This document shows, one piece after another, positions 19,635 to 29,922 of a stretch of 64,000 nt of DNA. The stretch is taken from the NCBI GenBank assembly GCA_963702095.1, contig OY969706.1, positions 512,001 through 576,000 on the forward strand, given 5' to 3'. Made by a program: the position numbers and the translations under genes. Under the pieces are notes generated by a model. That model was not told where the DNA came from and searched no databases. It worked only from the letters and a program-made list of their open reading frames with translations. The DNA is from Candidatus Bathyarchaeota archaeon (GTDB taxonomy: Archaea > Thermoproteota > Bathyarchaeia > Bathyarchaeales > Bathycorpusculaceae). The stretch's first letter is position 1. Each line of letters opens with the position of its first letter.

Positions 19635-20495
19635 TCAAATTTTTGATGGACTTAGTCTCAACAAGAACATTGTTTTTATAAACTCATAGATTTTTGGATC
19701 GTCTATACAAATACCTTCATTTGTTCCTTCATCAGCGTTCTTATTCCAGCCCAACAGTACCTGATTAATACCAGTCATCGCTGAAACGCCTTTGTAGGGG
19801 TCTACACCAATCAGTTCGTAATAGAAATGATGAGAATATTTTTTTTTCACAGCATCAACTATTTCTATTTGGTCCAGAATTGGACTTACAAGAGCGTAAA
19901 GCTTGCCGCCTCTGGAAAAATAGTCTCTCAAAGTTGCTCCAAATTGTTCTACAGGATCTAACTCTTTTGAAGCCATTCCTACGTCATCGAGTATGGATTT
20001 ATAGAAAACTCCTCTTCTACTAATAACAAAGACTTCATCAGGTTTTTTCTTAATCATTTCAATTGCTTTTCTGTAGAAAGTGTCTCTTCCAAATAAATAT
20101 TCGAAATGAGGGTCTGGCGAAGTCGGACCAGTTCCATACTGCTCTATGTATTTGTTAAGAGAATCCAGAGAAATGTGGTTAAGCTGTTGGTTGAATCTCA
20201 ATTGTGCCTTTTCTAACATCGTTTTTATGGTGTCGGGTGGCAAGATTTTGTATTTTGCTGGTCTCTGGTCTTTTGGTGTTGTGAGAATTATTAAGTTCTT
20301 AGTGTGAAGTGATTTGAGAGCAACATGCACTTTTCCTAACTGTATCCTCTTTCCCCCAGAAAAAGCAATTGTCTTAGCATCTGCAGGCTCCTTTGCTCGA
20401 AGTAAAGCTCTGAGTGTTTGCTTTTCCTCTGTTGATAAACTTTCACCCATTTCTGTGAGTATATCGAAAATATCTTTCTCTGCACTTGAGTCCAT
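19635..20495 (-). CDS. Divergent TrmB-like wHTH regulator
   Basis: LSTEEKQTLRALL...GKVHVALKSLHTKNLI...RPAKYKILPP, then an effector-like domain. Confidence 0.65.
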   Translation of the reverse strand: MDSSAEKDIFDILTEMGESLSTEEKQTLRALLRAKEPADAKTIAFSGGKRIQLGKVHVALKSLHTKNLIILTTPKDQRPAKYKILPPDTIKTMLEKAQLRFNQQLNHISLDSLNKYIEQYGTGPTSPDPHFEYLFGRDTFYRKAIEMIKKKPDEVFVISRRGVFYKSILDDVGMASKELDPVEQFGATLRDYFSRGGKLYALVSPILDQIEIVDAVKKKYSHHFYYELIGVDPYKGVSAMTGINQVLLGWNKNADEGTNEGICIDDPKIYEFIKTMFLLRLSPSKI

Positions 20496-20612
20496 AACAC
20501 CACCAAACTATTTGTTATTGGTTCTAATATTTAAAATATTCGACTATTCATAATAAATAGTCTTTTGTAGTTAGCCACCCTGATTATTCGTAGATATCGA
20601 GGTCGAGAGATA

Positions 20613-20756
20613 ATGTTGGAGCCTATAATAATAGGGTGCCAAACAAAATCTGAATTCATAATCTGCGGGAACTGCATCTACTTCAGGGAGTGTAAACTTC
20701 GTACCAGATTAGGAGTGGGCAAAGAAGATCCGACGAGCAAGATTTGGAAGCGATAA
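20613..20756 (+). CDS. Small Cys-rich protein (47 aa; not in the ORF track)
   Basis: MLEPIIIGCQTKSEFIICGNCIYFRECKLRTRLGVGKEDPTSKIWKR; GAGGT upstream. Confidence 0.45.
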   Translation: MLEPIIIGCQTKSEFIICGNCIYFRECKLRTRLGVGKEDPTSKIWKR

Positions 20757-20898
20757 CTAACAAAACGCTATACCGTCCCCGATACGAATTAGGACTAATT
20801 GAAAAACGCTTTGCAGTGTACAAATATGGATTGCTTCGGAACCCTCAGTTCAGTGAAGATGTCACCCTCATTACCCATTTTTTTCGTTAATAATTGGG

Positions 20899-21435
20899 CT
20901 ACAGGTTAAGGCTACAAGCTAGATCCAGAAGGTCCTTCAGTTCTTTTTGACCTATATTGTATTTGTCAAGTAGTGCTGCGAGTTTCAAGATGTCAAGAAC
21001 TTCGACTGGGATTGGAATTGTCCTATTCCATGCCTGTATAGCCCTCCAAGCTTCAGGTTTTATTTCACCATTAGTCACTAACAGAAGGCGCCTTGGATTA
21101 TCTTTTGATGTGCCATTTGGAAAATCGTGTTCTAGAGTACAAAAGGCTGCAAACATCTGACCCGATATTGTATTCATCCAATCAGGTAATGAAATGTCTC
21201 CAACTTTTACTTGTATAAGCAGAATCTGTTTTTTGCCTAATGGGTCATTTGTTTCATCGACGGTAGCGATTGTATCTTTTCCATGCTCGCTGGGACCATG
21301 AAGTGGTTGCACATTGAATTTAGAAATTTTTGTCGCAAGAAAAACTCTAACTAGTTTTCTTAATTTATCCTCATCCAGCTGCTGTAATGCAGGTACGATC
21401 AATAGTAAATCGGAGGACAAGATAACGAGCTCCAA
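20899..21435 (-). CDS. Mrr-like restriction-endonuclease-fold protein
   Basis: HGPSEHGKD...LIQVK (D..QxK), LLLVTNG and VEVLDILKL motifs. Confidence 0.7.
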   Translation of the reverse strand: MELVILSSDLLLIVPALQQLDEDKLRKLVRVFLATKISKFNVQPLHGPSEHGKDTIATVDETNDPLGKKQILLIQVKVGDISLPDWMNTISGQMFAAFCTLEHDFPNGTSKDNPRRLLLVTNGEIKPEAWRAIQAWNRTIPIPVEVLDILKLAALLDKYNIGQKELKDLLDLACSLNL

Positions 21436-22068
21436 TCAAGCAGTTGGCTTTTTGGATTGATCGGTAGCTTCAATTTTTTGTTTTTGTTCCTGATATTTTC
21501 TCATAATCACTTCAAGTTCTTTCTTCTCATCCTCAGGTGATTTGACAAGAAGCCCGCCAGTGTTCGCAAGAAACTTGCCGAGCGTTCTCTCAATCGACTC
21601 AAGTTTTTCAGACATCTGTTTGATACGACGATCAAGAGGTTCATCCACCAACATTTGTGCCGTGATCCAGCTATTCAGTACCGAGCGTGTGTCAATAGAA
21701 TCTTTGGAAGTAAACTCAACATTGAAGAGATTCTTGCATTTAGAAACCATGTTTATTGAAGTAATCTTTTCAGCGATTGTTTTCATATCGCTTTCTGGAA
21801 GGAAAAATCTCTTCTTTTCGCCGGCATTTAATATGGGGAAAAATACCTTCTTTCTATAGTCTGTAACCGGTTCTACCCAGAACTCAACCTGCAAGTCAAT
21901 TGCGGGGGTATTGCTAACATTTTGTATTCCAAATACTACAGAAACGGGACCGAGTGTATCTAGCAGAGGTTTGATTACGGGTGAATATCTCAATTGATTG
22001 CTTACTCGTACTTCATTGGTTAAAGCTTCAAGTGACTTTGATTTGTCTTGATCCATCAAACTCCCCAT
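21436..22068 (-). CDS. Hypothetical protein with C-terminal coiled coil
   Basis: 210-aa ORF directly abutting the Mrr-like gene. Confidence 0.6.
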   Translation of the reverse strand: MGSLMDQDKSKSLEALTNEVRVSNQLRYSPVIKPLLDTLGPVSVVFGIQNVSNTPAIDLQVEFWVEPVTDYRKKVFFPILNAGEKKRFFLPESDMKTIAEKITSINMVSKCKNLFNVEFTSKDSIDTRSVLNSWITAQMLVDEPLDRRIKQMSEKLESIERTLGKFLANTGGLLVKSPEDEKKELEVIMRKYQEQKQKIEATDQSKKPTA

Positions 22069-22240
22069 TTACTTATCAGTGTTTACCAATTTAATAGTAG
22101 CGATAAGGAGTGCTCATTCAGACTCAACGATCAGAAATCGCTCTTTAATATAGTGGAGCATTTTGCCCATGGGAGAGTTTTTTGCCAAAGACAAATTAGC
22201 CAAGACCAAGTAGTCCTATCTTCAGGGGGATGACGCTAAA

Positions 22241-23275
22241 ATGTTTAGGGATGCACCCGAATCATATCAGGGTAACGTTTTTCTTGAAGCTGCTTCCAGG
22301 CCAGCCAGCTTTGTTTCTGAATTATTCTACAATGGTACGTTTCAAAATATGGATTCTCTTTTTTACAATGGTTGGACGGATAAAGTTGTTGAAAGGTTGA
22401 AAATATCCAAGGGATTATTTCTTGCTTGTTACTTAGCTGATTTGAATGCTGCAATTCAAAATATGAAGAAGTTCAAGTGTTTCGATGGCATATTGGAAAA
22501 ACTATCTGAAGTAGATGATAATTTTATTCCTACGGTTTTTGAAATTGAGGCCGCAGAATTGATAATTAACATGTTCAAGGAACGTGCAACTGATCTAGAA
22601 TTTGCAGGGTGTTTTGCAACTAACGGTGACAAAAAGATCGATTTGAGGTTAAAAGTGGAAAATCACTGGATCTATTTCGAGATGACCAAAATTATGGATT
22701 ATGTTGGAAAGCTAGATACACTTCGTCTTTACAATTTGGCTTGTTCTTTTCTACTGGGTGCTAAAACACTTTCCGGAAAAACGCTTGAATTGCAACTTAT
22801 TTTCGAGAATTCCCCAAATCAAGGTTCAATTGACAGTGTTCTGAATGAAATTTCAAGTATGTTATCCAAAAATATATTTGAATTTACGGTTATCCATGAA
22901 AAATTCAAGTTTTCAGCAAAAGAAACAATTGTACCGAATGTTAGGCTTAAGATAAAATCAGATACTATAGCAAATAAATTAAAAGACAAGTACTTTGAAG
23001 AGCTAGAGCATTTTGATAATCAAACCATTAATTTGACTGTAATTGACACAACTTATTTGCCGGATACTCCGGGTGAATTGATTGATCTCACGCGAAAGAT
23101 CTTTAAGACCGAAGGAGACCTGAGTCCAATCTCAGCTGTAATTCTAGCCTGTAAGAAACATGTGATAGACAATAGAAATGCTTTTCCAATAACAGGAGCT
23201 TGGGAATTACCCGTTATTTTCAACGATAGATGTGATAAATATAAGATTGTTAAAGGGTTATTCCGTTTCAGTTAA
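22241..23275 (+). CDS. Hypothetical protein, possible PD-(D/E)xK fold
   Basis: VFEIEAA...KKIDLRLK...IYFEMTK spacing. Confidence 0.55.
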   Translation: MFRDAPESYQGNVFLEAASRPASFVSELFYNGTFQNMDSLFYNGWTDKVVERLKISKGLFLACYLADLNAAIQNMKKFKCFDGILEKLSEVDDNFIPTVFEIEAAELIINMFKERATDLEFAGCFATNGDKKIDLRLKVENHWIYFEMTKIMDYVGKLDTLRLYNLACSFLLGAKTLSGKTLELQLIFENSPNQGSIDSVLNEISSMLSKNIFEFTVIHEKFKFSAKETIVPNVRLKIKSDTIANKLKDKYFEELEHFDNQTINLTVIDTTYLPDTPGELIDLTRKIFKTEGDLSPISAVILACKKHVIDNRNAFPITGAWELPVIFNDRCDKYKIVKGLFRFS

Positions 23276-23309
23276 TTAACCCCTTTTTTGATTTTACTTG
23301 AATGGCCAA

Positions 23310-24254
23310 TTAACAATTATCTTTGAACCTAGACTCAACACCTGGATACCCAAAGCCTTCAACTGGCCAAGGTTCAGCCGGAAGTTTTGAGAAGATGATT
23401 TCCAATTTCGTGTAAATCGAGTTAGCCCAGGTTGTTTCTGGGGTATCCTTGAGATCTGGAATTTTTTGTTTTAAGTGTTCGCAAGCAAGTCCCAGTTCGT
23501 AGTTGGCAGTCTCGACTTTCTTCTTTCCGTCCATTAAATAGGAGATCGCTACACCCACTTTTTCGATTGGATAAAGTATAACGTCGGCTAAAACTCTTCC
23601 AGGCTTTCCTAATTCATAAGTTTGGGTTAATTCTAAAAGAATATGTTGAAGTTCGAGCAATAGATCGATGTGATCTTCAGGATAAACCACTTCAACTGGA
23701 TACCGTATTGCCTCTTGATAGTATTTTTCGGTTGCGACTTGATAAATTCTCATGGCGCCACCTAGATATTCGTCATCTAAAATCTTTTGAATTGATTCTG
23801 CTTTACTGAATTCCAAAGCTTTGCTTAGATAAGTTTTAGTTTGGATCCAATCCGGCTTTCTCATGGCATTTACAGAACTTCCAATACTATTAAGCCACTC
23901 CAAAATATCATGGCTCTTATACTTCTGTTCTTTTGAAATTTCTAATCGATAGAAAATGTCAAAAAGGCTTATTTCGGTATCTTGCATCTCAATAGCTAGA
24001 TCTCGCCAATCTCGAGAGGGTGGATCAAAATTGATAAGTGGTTCTAAGGCAAATCCCAATTCTCTATGGGTTCCGTTAGAAGAGCTCGTTAATTCTTTGT
24101 GAAGCTTAACAATATCGCCCTGGCTAATCTCTTGGTTGGAATAAAGGCGTTCCAGTTGATCCATTATTTTCGGTAATGAATTGTCATATCTGTAATTGTC
24201 AATGCACTCAATTAAAACAGATCCAATCACAAACTTTGCAATCTTCGGGTCCAA
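23310..24254 (-). CDS. Hypothetical alpha-helical protein
   Basis: 314-aa ORF; no motif recognised. Confidence 0.6.
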   Translation of the reverse strand: MDPKIAKFVIGSVLIECIDNYRYDNSLPKIMDQLERLYSNQEISQGDIVKLHKELTSSSNGTHRELGFALEPLINFDPPSRDWRDLAIEMQDTEISLFDIFYRLEISKEQKYKSHDILEWLNSIGSSVNAMRKPDWIQTKTYLSKALEFSKAESIQKILDDEYLGGAMRIYQVATEKYYQEAIRYPVEVVYPEDHIDLLLELQHILLELTQTYELGKPGRVLADVILYPIEKVGVAISYLMDGKKKVETANYELGLACEHLKQKIPDLKDTPETTWANSIYTKLEIIFSKLPAEPWPVEGFGYPGVESRFKDNC

Positions 24255-24337
24255 TCTAATTCCTTCTTTTATTAATGAGGGCTATAATTAGTCTTAAGGT
24301 TTGCCAAGGAAATTACGAATGCTTTCAGTGTGCACCT

Positions 24338-25069
24338 TTATACATGGAGACGAGAGTAGAAATGTTCAGCTTTTTGATTAATAACTGAAATAATAAGCCA
24401 AGTTCCGTAGTGGACGTGTGTTCCTACTAAGAAATATGGGTTGAAATCGTTAACAAACTCACAAAAACTGTTTTCGATCTTTTGCATGGCCTTGGGAGAA
24501 TTATTGTTCAAGAGTAGCTTTCTATAATAATTCCCAATTTCCATATCTTCGCACATAATTGAGTGTCCTTTGCAGTTTGGACGACACAAGAAATCTATCT
24601 TCATCCAGAAAGGAAGCAAACTAATTGAATTTATGCTCTTTCCTCTGAGACGAGTGTAATGTCCAGTTTTTCTTTTGCACTGGCGGTCTGCCCGGCAACT
24701 GGTTATTTCTGTGGGCTTGATTATTGAGAGCGACATTTTATTTCTTTGATTAAGGTAATCAAGTGAGGGACTTGTGTTGTTTCTAATTTTTTCAGCAACT
24801 GTAGCTTGGCTAGCGAAATCCAAAGGCTCAATTGTGTTATATTTTACTTTGCGGCTCTCGGGTCTACCGTCTCTGTTCGCTTTTTCATCAATTTCGTAGC
24901 TTATGTATTGGAACTTCTTAAATGGTCTACAAACGTAGTGACTCATTGGAACGGAGTACATGCGTCTAAATTTGCCCTCGGAAGTTATGCCAGCCACGCA
25001 AATGGCTACTTCATACGTTCTGCTTGTGTGGGGTTCTGCAATTCCCAATACTAACATTTTTTCCTTCAT
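24338..25069 (-). CDS. DUF488-associated protein, probable OB-fold family
   Basis: EPHTSRTYEVAICVAGITSEGKFRRMYSVP, DGRPESRK, MCEDMEIG and YFLVGTH motifs. Confidence 0.65.
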   Translation of the reverse strand: MKEKMLVLGIAEPHTSRTYEVAICVAGITSEGKFRRMYSVPMSHYVCRPFKKFQYISYEIDEKANRDGRPESRKVKYNTIEPLDFASQATVAEKIRNNTSPSLDYLNQRNKMSLSIIKPTEITSCRADRQCKRKTGHYTRLRGKSINSISLLPFWMKIDFLCRPNCKGHSIMCEDMEIGNYYRKLLLNNNSPKAMQKIENSFCEFVNDFNPYFLVGTHVHYGTWLIISVINQKAEHFYSRLHV

Positions 25070-25111
25070 AAATTCACTTCAGATAATAATCCTCGTTCTG
25101 ATAAAATAGAG

Positions 25112-25540
25112 TCAGAGATGAATAATTTCAAAACCTTCATTTATCATCTCAGCAACCAATCGCCTGTGACACTTGTCTGCTTTATCCTCACTGCACAGTA
25201 GACATGACACTTTTGTGTCTAATTTTAGGTCGTTTAGAATTTTCTTTGCATTTCTTGAATCCATAAGCGATTTGAAATTAACTTCATATTCAACCCAGTT
25301 TTTATCTTTACGATACTTGGAAAGAAGAGCTTCATCTGGAGCAAGTTGTTTAACACTAACGTATTCAATTCCAAATTGGCTTAGGATGAATTCCAGATCC
25401 GGACTTTTGGCAAAGCCTGAGAGTTGAGAAGAGTTATTCAATCTAATGTCCACAATTCTCTGGACCCCTGCCTCTTTCAGACGTGTGATGAATTCTTCTA
25501 AAGTCTTTTTGGTGAATCCAATTGTACATATCCTGTTCAT
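25112..25540 (-). CDS. DUF488-family protein
   Basis: TIGFTKKT, VDIRLNNSSQLSGFAK, LLCSEDKADKCHRRLVAE. Confidence 0.9.
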   Translation of the reverse strand: MNRICTIGFTKKTLEEFITRLKEAGVQRIVDIRLNNSSQLSGFAKSPDLEFILSQFGIEYVSVKQLAPDEALLSKYRKDKNWVEYEVNFKSLMDSRNAKKILNDLKLDTKVSCLLCSEDKADKCHRRLVAEMINEGFEIIHL

Positions 25541-25554
25541 CGAATAATCCTCTT

Positions 25555-26058
25555 CTAGAATCCTGTTAGTTTACTTTGATTCTTATTATTACTAGCTGTC
25601 TCTCGCTTTTTTGATCTTTTTGGTGAGAGAGTAAGGGTATGTGTATCTGCGTTTCCATCTTTATCTATGACTGTCACATCAATACCTCTCTTAATTAGTT
25701 CTACGATAATAAAGCGTCGATGACACTTTGAAATATCGAACTCCGAGCACATTAAGGCAGAAGACTTCTTTCCAATCTGTCGCAGTAGAAGGTCGATATT
25801 TTCTTTGAAGGCGGCTGAAGCGTGGAATTTTTCAAAGCCTCCAGTAGGGCGCCCTCCAAGTTTATCTCCAAAGTACAGATAGTCAATGTTTTCTCTTTGT
25901 ACAGAGGAAGATAGACTTTCGCGGTTAAAATGCGGAACATATTCGCTGTAGGGTTGAGACCTCAAATCAACCAAACACTCGATGTTCCATTTCTTGAGCC
26001 TCTCAATGAAGCCACTTAAGCTTTCATTTCCTGGGCATATCGAGAATATCATGGACAT
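25555..26058 (-). CDS. DUF488-family protein (second subtype)
   Basis: LVDLRSQPYS..PHFNRESL, LGGRP, LMCSE...CHRRFI. Confidence 0.88.
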   Translation of the reverse strand: MSMIFSICPGNESLSGFIERLKKWNIECLVDLRSQPYSEYVPHFNRESLSSSVQRENIDYLYFGDKLGGRPTGGFEKFHASAAFKENIDLLLRQIGKKSSALMCSEFDISKCHRRFIIVELIKRGIDVTVIDKDGNADTHTLTLSPKRSKKRETASNNKNQSKLTGF

Positions 26059-27510
26059 ACACCTTCTGCGTAATAATCCGGAACTGTCAAAACGCTTACG
26101 ACCATTGGCCAGTACCTCGGCTGAATTGAGCTTCCAGGTGGAGCATATTTTCCATCCTTAATCTTATTATTGGAATCAAGGGAATCTCCAGTTAAACCTA
26201 TCACGAAATACGTTTCCTTGTTTCTAAGTTCAACGATGTCCTGTGAATTCATTATTGTTTGATTACAGTTTTCAAGTTTGTCAATGATGAATTTGCAAAA
26301 TCTAATATCAGTGCACGTTATGGAAAAGACTCTTTGTTTATCGCTCTGCCTAACTATCCATATTCTGGGGTGTTTTTTTCCGATTACTATGTTGGATTGA
26401 ATTTCAAAATAAGGCACGGGACCCACTAAAACTAGCGACTTTTCTAGGCTGGTGGATAGTTCATCAAATAGTTCTTCCCGAGAACTGACTTTGTTAAGAA
26501 TTCTGTTATCGACCACTTCTGAGAGCAGACTTTTCCGTGTTTCTTCTTCTAGATTCATTACGAATTTAATGCCTTCTACTGCGCTAAATAGCAAATTCTC
26601 TTTTTGATGCTTGATTGGAAAGTGATTGCTAAATCCCATCTCGACAACATCAAAAAGTGATAGCCTCTTGCCATTGTCCATAATTATGTCTTCTTCCCCA
26701 AAACCCCCTGGTTTAATCGGACGAACCCATAATTTATCCTCATCTACCCCTGCAAGACAAATTCTTCCGTTTTTTTCCGATTCTACTAAGAATAGTAACT
26801 AATCGATTTTCTTGAGTTGAACTATATAAGGCATTTTGGGATTTGTCTAAACCCAGTTTTTTAAGTCTCGAACGGATAGCTCCTGTTCTTCTTTGGTGCT
26901 TTTTTGCTATCTCAGAAACAGAAAAACCTTCCTTGAAATATTTGGATAATTCACAATCTTCGTCCGGAGTCCAGCTTTCATATGCTCTCGGATCCTTTTT
27001 TCTAATTTCGCCAAGGTCGTATGACTTATCTTGAATTGCTTTCTGTGAAATCAATTGTTTTGGTTCGTCAGTAATAGAATTAAAATATGCTTTACCTGTT
27101 CTCTTAGAAATGTTAACAACAAACTTCTTCCTGGCTGAGAGATTTTGAAGTTTGCTTGTGTCTTTCCTTGTTGTCACAATATCTAGATCTTGGGCTTTTG
27201 TTCGAATTTCAAAAGCAAACTCGATCCCTTTATCTGATTTCCATATAACGTTAATTAAGCTTGTTCGCCCTTCTCGGACCAAATCCGGAACAGGATACTC
27301 AGTAATTGAGTGAAAACCTAGCTCATTGCCTATTCTCCATAACTTATACTCTGCAAGCTTGTGAACCCTCTTTCCAGCTTCAATTTCTACCCCCCCGAAT
27401 AGTTTTGCTAAATCTGCACCATCCCAGGTCTGCCATAATTGAGAACCGCAGTTAGGGCAAAATTTGTATTCTATTCGCGTTTCGTTTTTGCAGTTTGAAC
27501 AAACTGGCAT
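26049..27510 (-). CDS. Multidomain protein: Zn-ribbon, REase-like, HTH/Myb-like and dual-OB-like domains; frameshifted at an A7 run near 26770-26776
   Basis: CSNC..CPNC; AFEIRTK; RAYESWTPDED..GAIRSRLKKLG; removing one A joins ILSRIGKNGRICLAGVDEDKLWVRPIKPG to ORF 26049-26681. Confidence 0.7.
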
Positions 27511-27589
27511 CCGTAATCTATCAGTTGTTTGTTGTGAAGTAGTTTTAAGGATTGTGAACTAGTGATATTAATGCAGCTATTCGTGACGC

Positions 27590-27817
27590 ATGGAGAGCGA
27601 TAAGGTGGGCGCAACTTGGTTAAAAACAAATCCAGAGAAATGTGTTCACAATTGTTCCATACTTAGAATACATGAATCTTATATGTGTAGTGATTACATT
27701 AAAGATTGGAAAAACTCTAGGTGCCATCTGGAGTTACCTAGAAGAACCAATAAGCCACCCAATAGCACGGAAAAGGATAGAAAGAAACAGCTGAGAGTGT
27801 TAGCCAAAGCAGACTAA
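27590..27817 (+). CDS. Small hypothetical protein with four Cys
   Basis: 75-aa ORF upstream of the helicase operon. Confidence 0.35.
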   Translation: MESDKVGATWLKTNPEKCVHNCSILRIHESYMCSDYIKDWKNSRCHLELPRRTNKPPNSTEKDRKKQLRVLAKAD

Positions 27818-27864
27818 AGATGCCTGGGTGAAACCCAACTTTAGAAGACAACGGTGAAAATAAA

Positions 27865-29922
27865 TTGGACTATGATGAATGGAATAATGCGATAGGGCGC
27901 TATTTCTTCAATGCCCAAAACTGCGGTAAAGAAGTATTACTTTTCGTTAATGATGAGCGTCTCAACGAGATAGGGCTTGAAGATGATGCTACCGTTGCAG
28001 ACTTTATAAGTGCAGTTAAAAAGAAAGCGGCAATAGTTTCCGGGGGCAACCTTTGCAAACGAGCTCTTCAATTGTATGACGACTGGAGAGAAGCAAAATA
28101 CGAGTACCCCCCATACTTGGCCTATCTCGCTTTCTTCGTCCTCGCTACGACTGCTGAAGGAGATTTTGACCCCAACGCGTACTATCCGCGGTACTGGGCT
28201 TTACTGAATGAACCTGGTCAGGGAGCTCCCCATGGTTTCTACGATACAGCAGATCTTTGGGAAGATTTAGAGAAGTGGACTGTTGAGGACAAAAAAGAGC
28301 AACTGGGTCGTTTCAAGGCCAGAATACGAGGAAAATGGCGCCATGTAGGGCGCCCTTTATCACAAACGCTGCTTTCAGAAGATGAGCGCAAAGCCTTGCC
28401 AGAAATATTTCGTGACTGTGGCTTTGATCCAACAAACATTCCCTCTGAAGCAACCATTAAAAACGGGCTCCTTCAACACGGAGATTACCACCTAAGGAAA
28501 CGAACCATCAAACTGCTAAAGAGCCAAGCCGGCGAAAACGAAGAATTTGTAAATTCGCTTCTAGACCTTGTAATTACAGAACTGGAGCAATGGGGTAAAT
28601 ACGAAGTAACATCTCCAATCGAAGAAAAAAGTGTCCCAAGCGAAAAGCAGCACGCAGAAAAAACAGCCCCGGTACCATCTCTTTTCCTTCGGACCTGCCT
28701 AGAAATAGATACGCCAAAACAACATGTCCGCCTGAGCCTTAGACTGAAGACTAATCGTCAGTACCCCGAAGATGAGTTGAAATTCGAAATCGCTGGAAAA
28801 GTATTATTTTGCACAGAAACCTATCCCGTAGGCTGGTCCACCCAGCTCACAGAGGTTTCCGCCAATGCTCCACTCGACCCCGCCACATTGGACTGGAGCA
28901 AAAACTGGACGTTCGAAGCCGAAAACGGCTGGACCGCATCCTACAAAAGTCAAGAATTCCGCCTATTCCGCCCCGGAGAAGAAGAGGCCTGCCGGGATTC
29001 ATTGAGTCTCAGAAGCTCGCGCGCAACATTGAATTCTTCCTGCTCTGCAGCAATACCTGTGCCAAGGCAATCCGAGAATGGGGTAAGGACGCCTGTGAAG
29101 AATTCTCTGACCTAAAATACTCTGGCATACCCATCAATTGGTCTCTTTTCAGAGGCATGAATGCAAACAAATCCCTTCCAGGCGTAGATGTCCTCGAGTT
29201 GCCCACACTTACTAGAATCCAACTGAGATGGCGGGATTCTCATTGGGCACGGCAACCAATACCTTGCTTTTGCACCTCCAAGAATAAGAATCGACGGCGG
29301 CATGGGTAATGAAGAACTGTTTCTAAACGAAAAAAAGCTCCAAAAGCTTGAAGGCAGCAGCTGGGACCTCCCCCAAAATGCCCCGATTGGCATCCCTCTT
29401 AGCCTGCAAATCCAGCGCAACGGCGAATTTCTAAGCAAAACCGTCGTGGAGCTAGTTGAACCAACCATAAAAATTCTCCCCTCAAATGAGATGCTAAAAC
29501 GCGACCGCGAAGGAAACTCAACTGCAGAAGAAACGCAACATTATGTTACAGGAGCATCAGTTTTTGGAGAAAATGGAAAAACTGTTTCGCCTCGAATCCA
29601 AATAACTTCTCTGCCGGGAACGCTAATCCTTGTCGGTCGGGAAGCAGGACAAATAGCGAGATGGCCAAAAGAGCCTTTCCCCACGGCTTGGACCCCAGTG
29701 TGGGCAATTCGACGCATTGCTCGCAAGAAATGGCAGGCTCAATTCTGCGGGCAAGAAATCTCGCAAGGGACAAGCCCCATGGAATCCGACACTTACTCTA
29801 TCAAACGGAGAAAAGAATGGAGGGAAGCCCTCTGGATAATGAGGCAAAGAGCGCTTCCCCCTCAACTCCCCGAACTTAGCCAACTTTGGACAAGGTACAC
29901 GGAGGTTGCTCAAGATATCTGA
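27865..29922 (+). CDS. ~685-aa partner of the helicase operon (Druantia-accessory-like); two frameshifts near 28985 and 29228
   Basis: ORFs 27865-29115, 28809-29309 and 29302-29922 join into one reading (..GLPGFIESQKL.., ..GGILIGHGNQYLAFAPPRI..). Confidence 0.7.
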
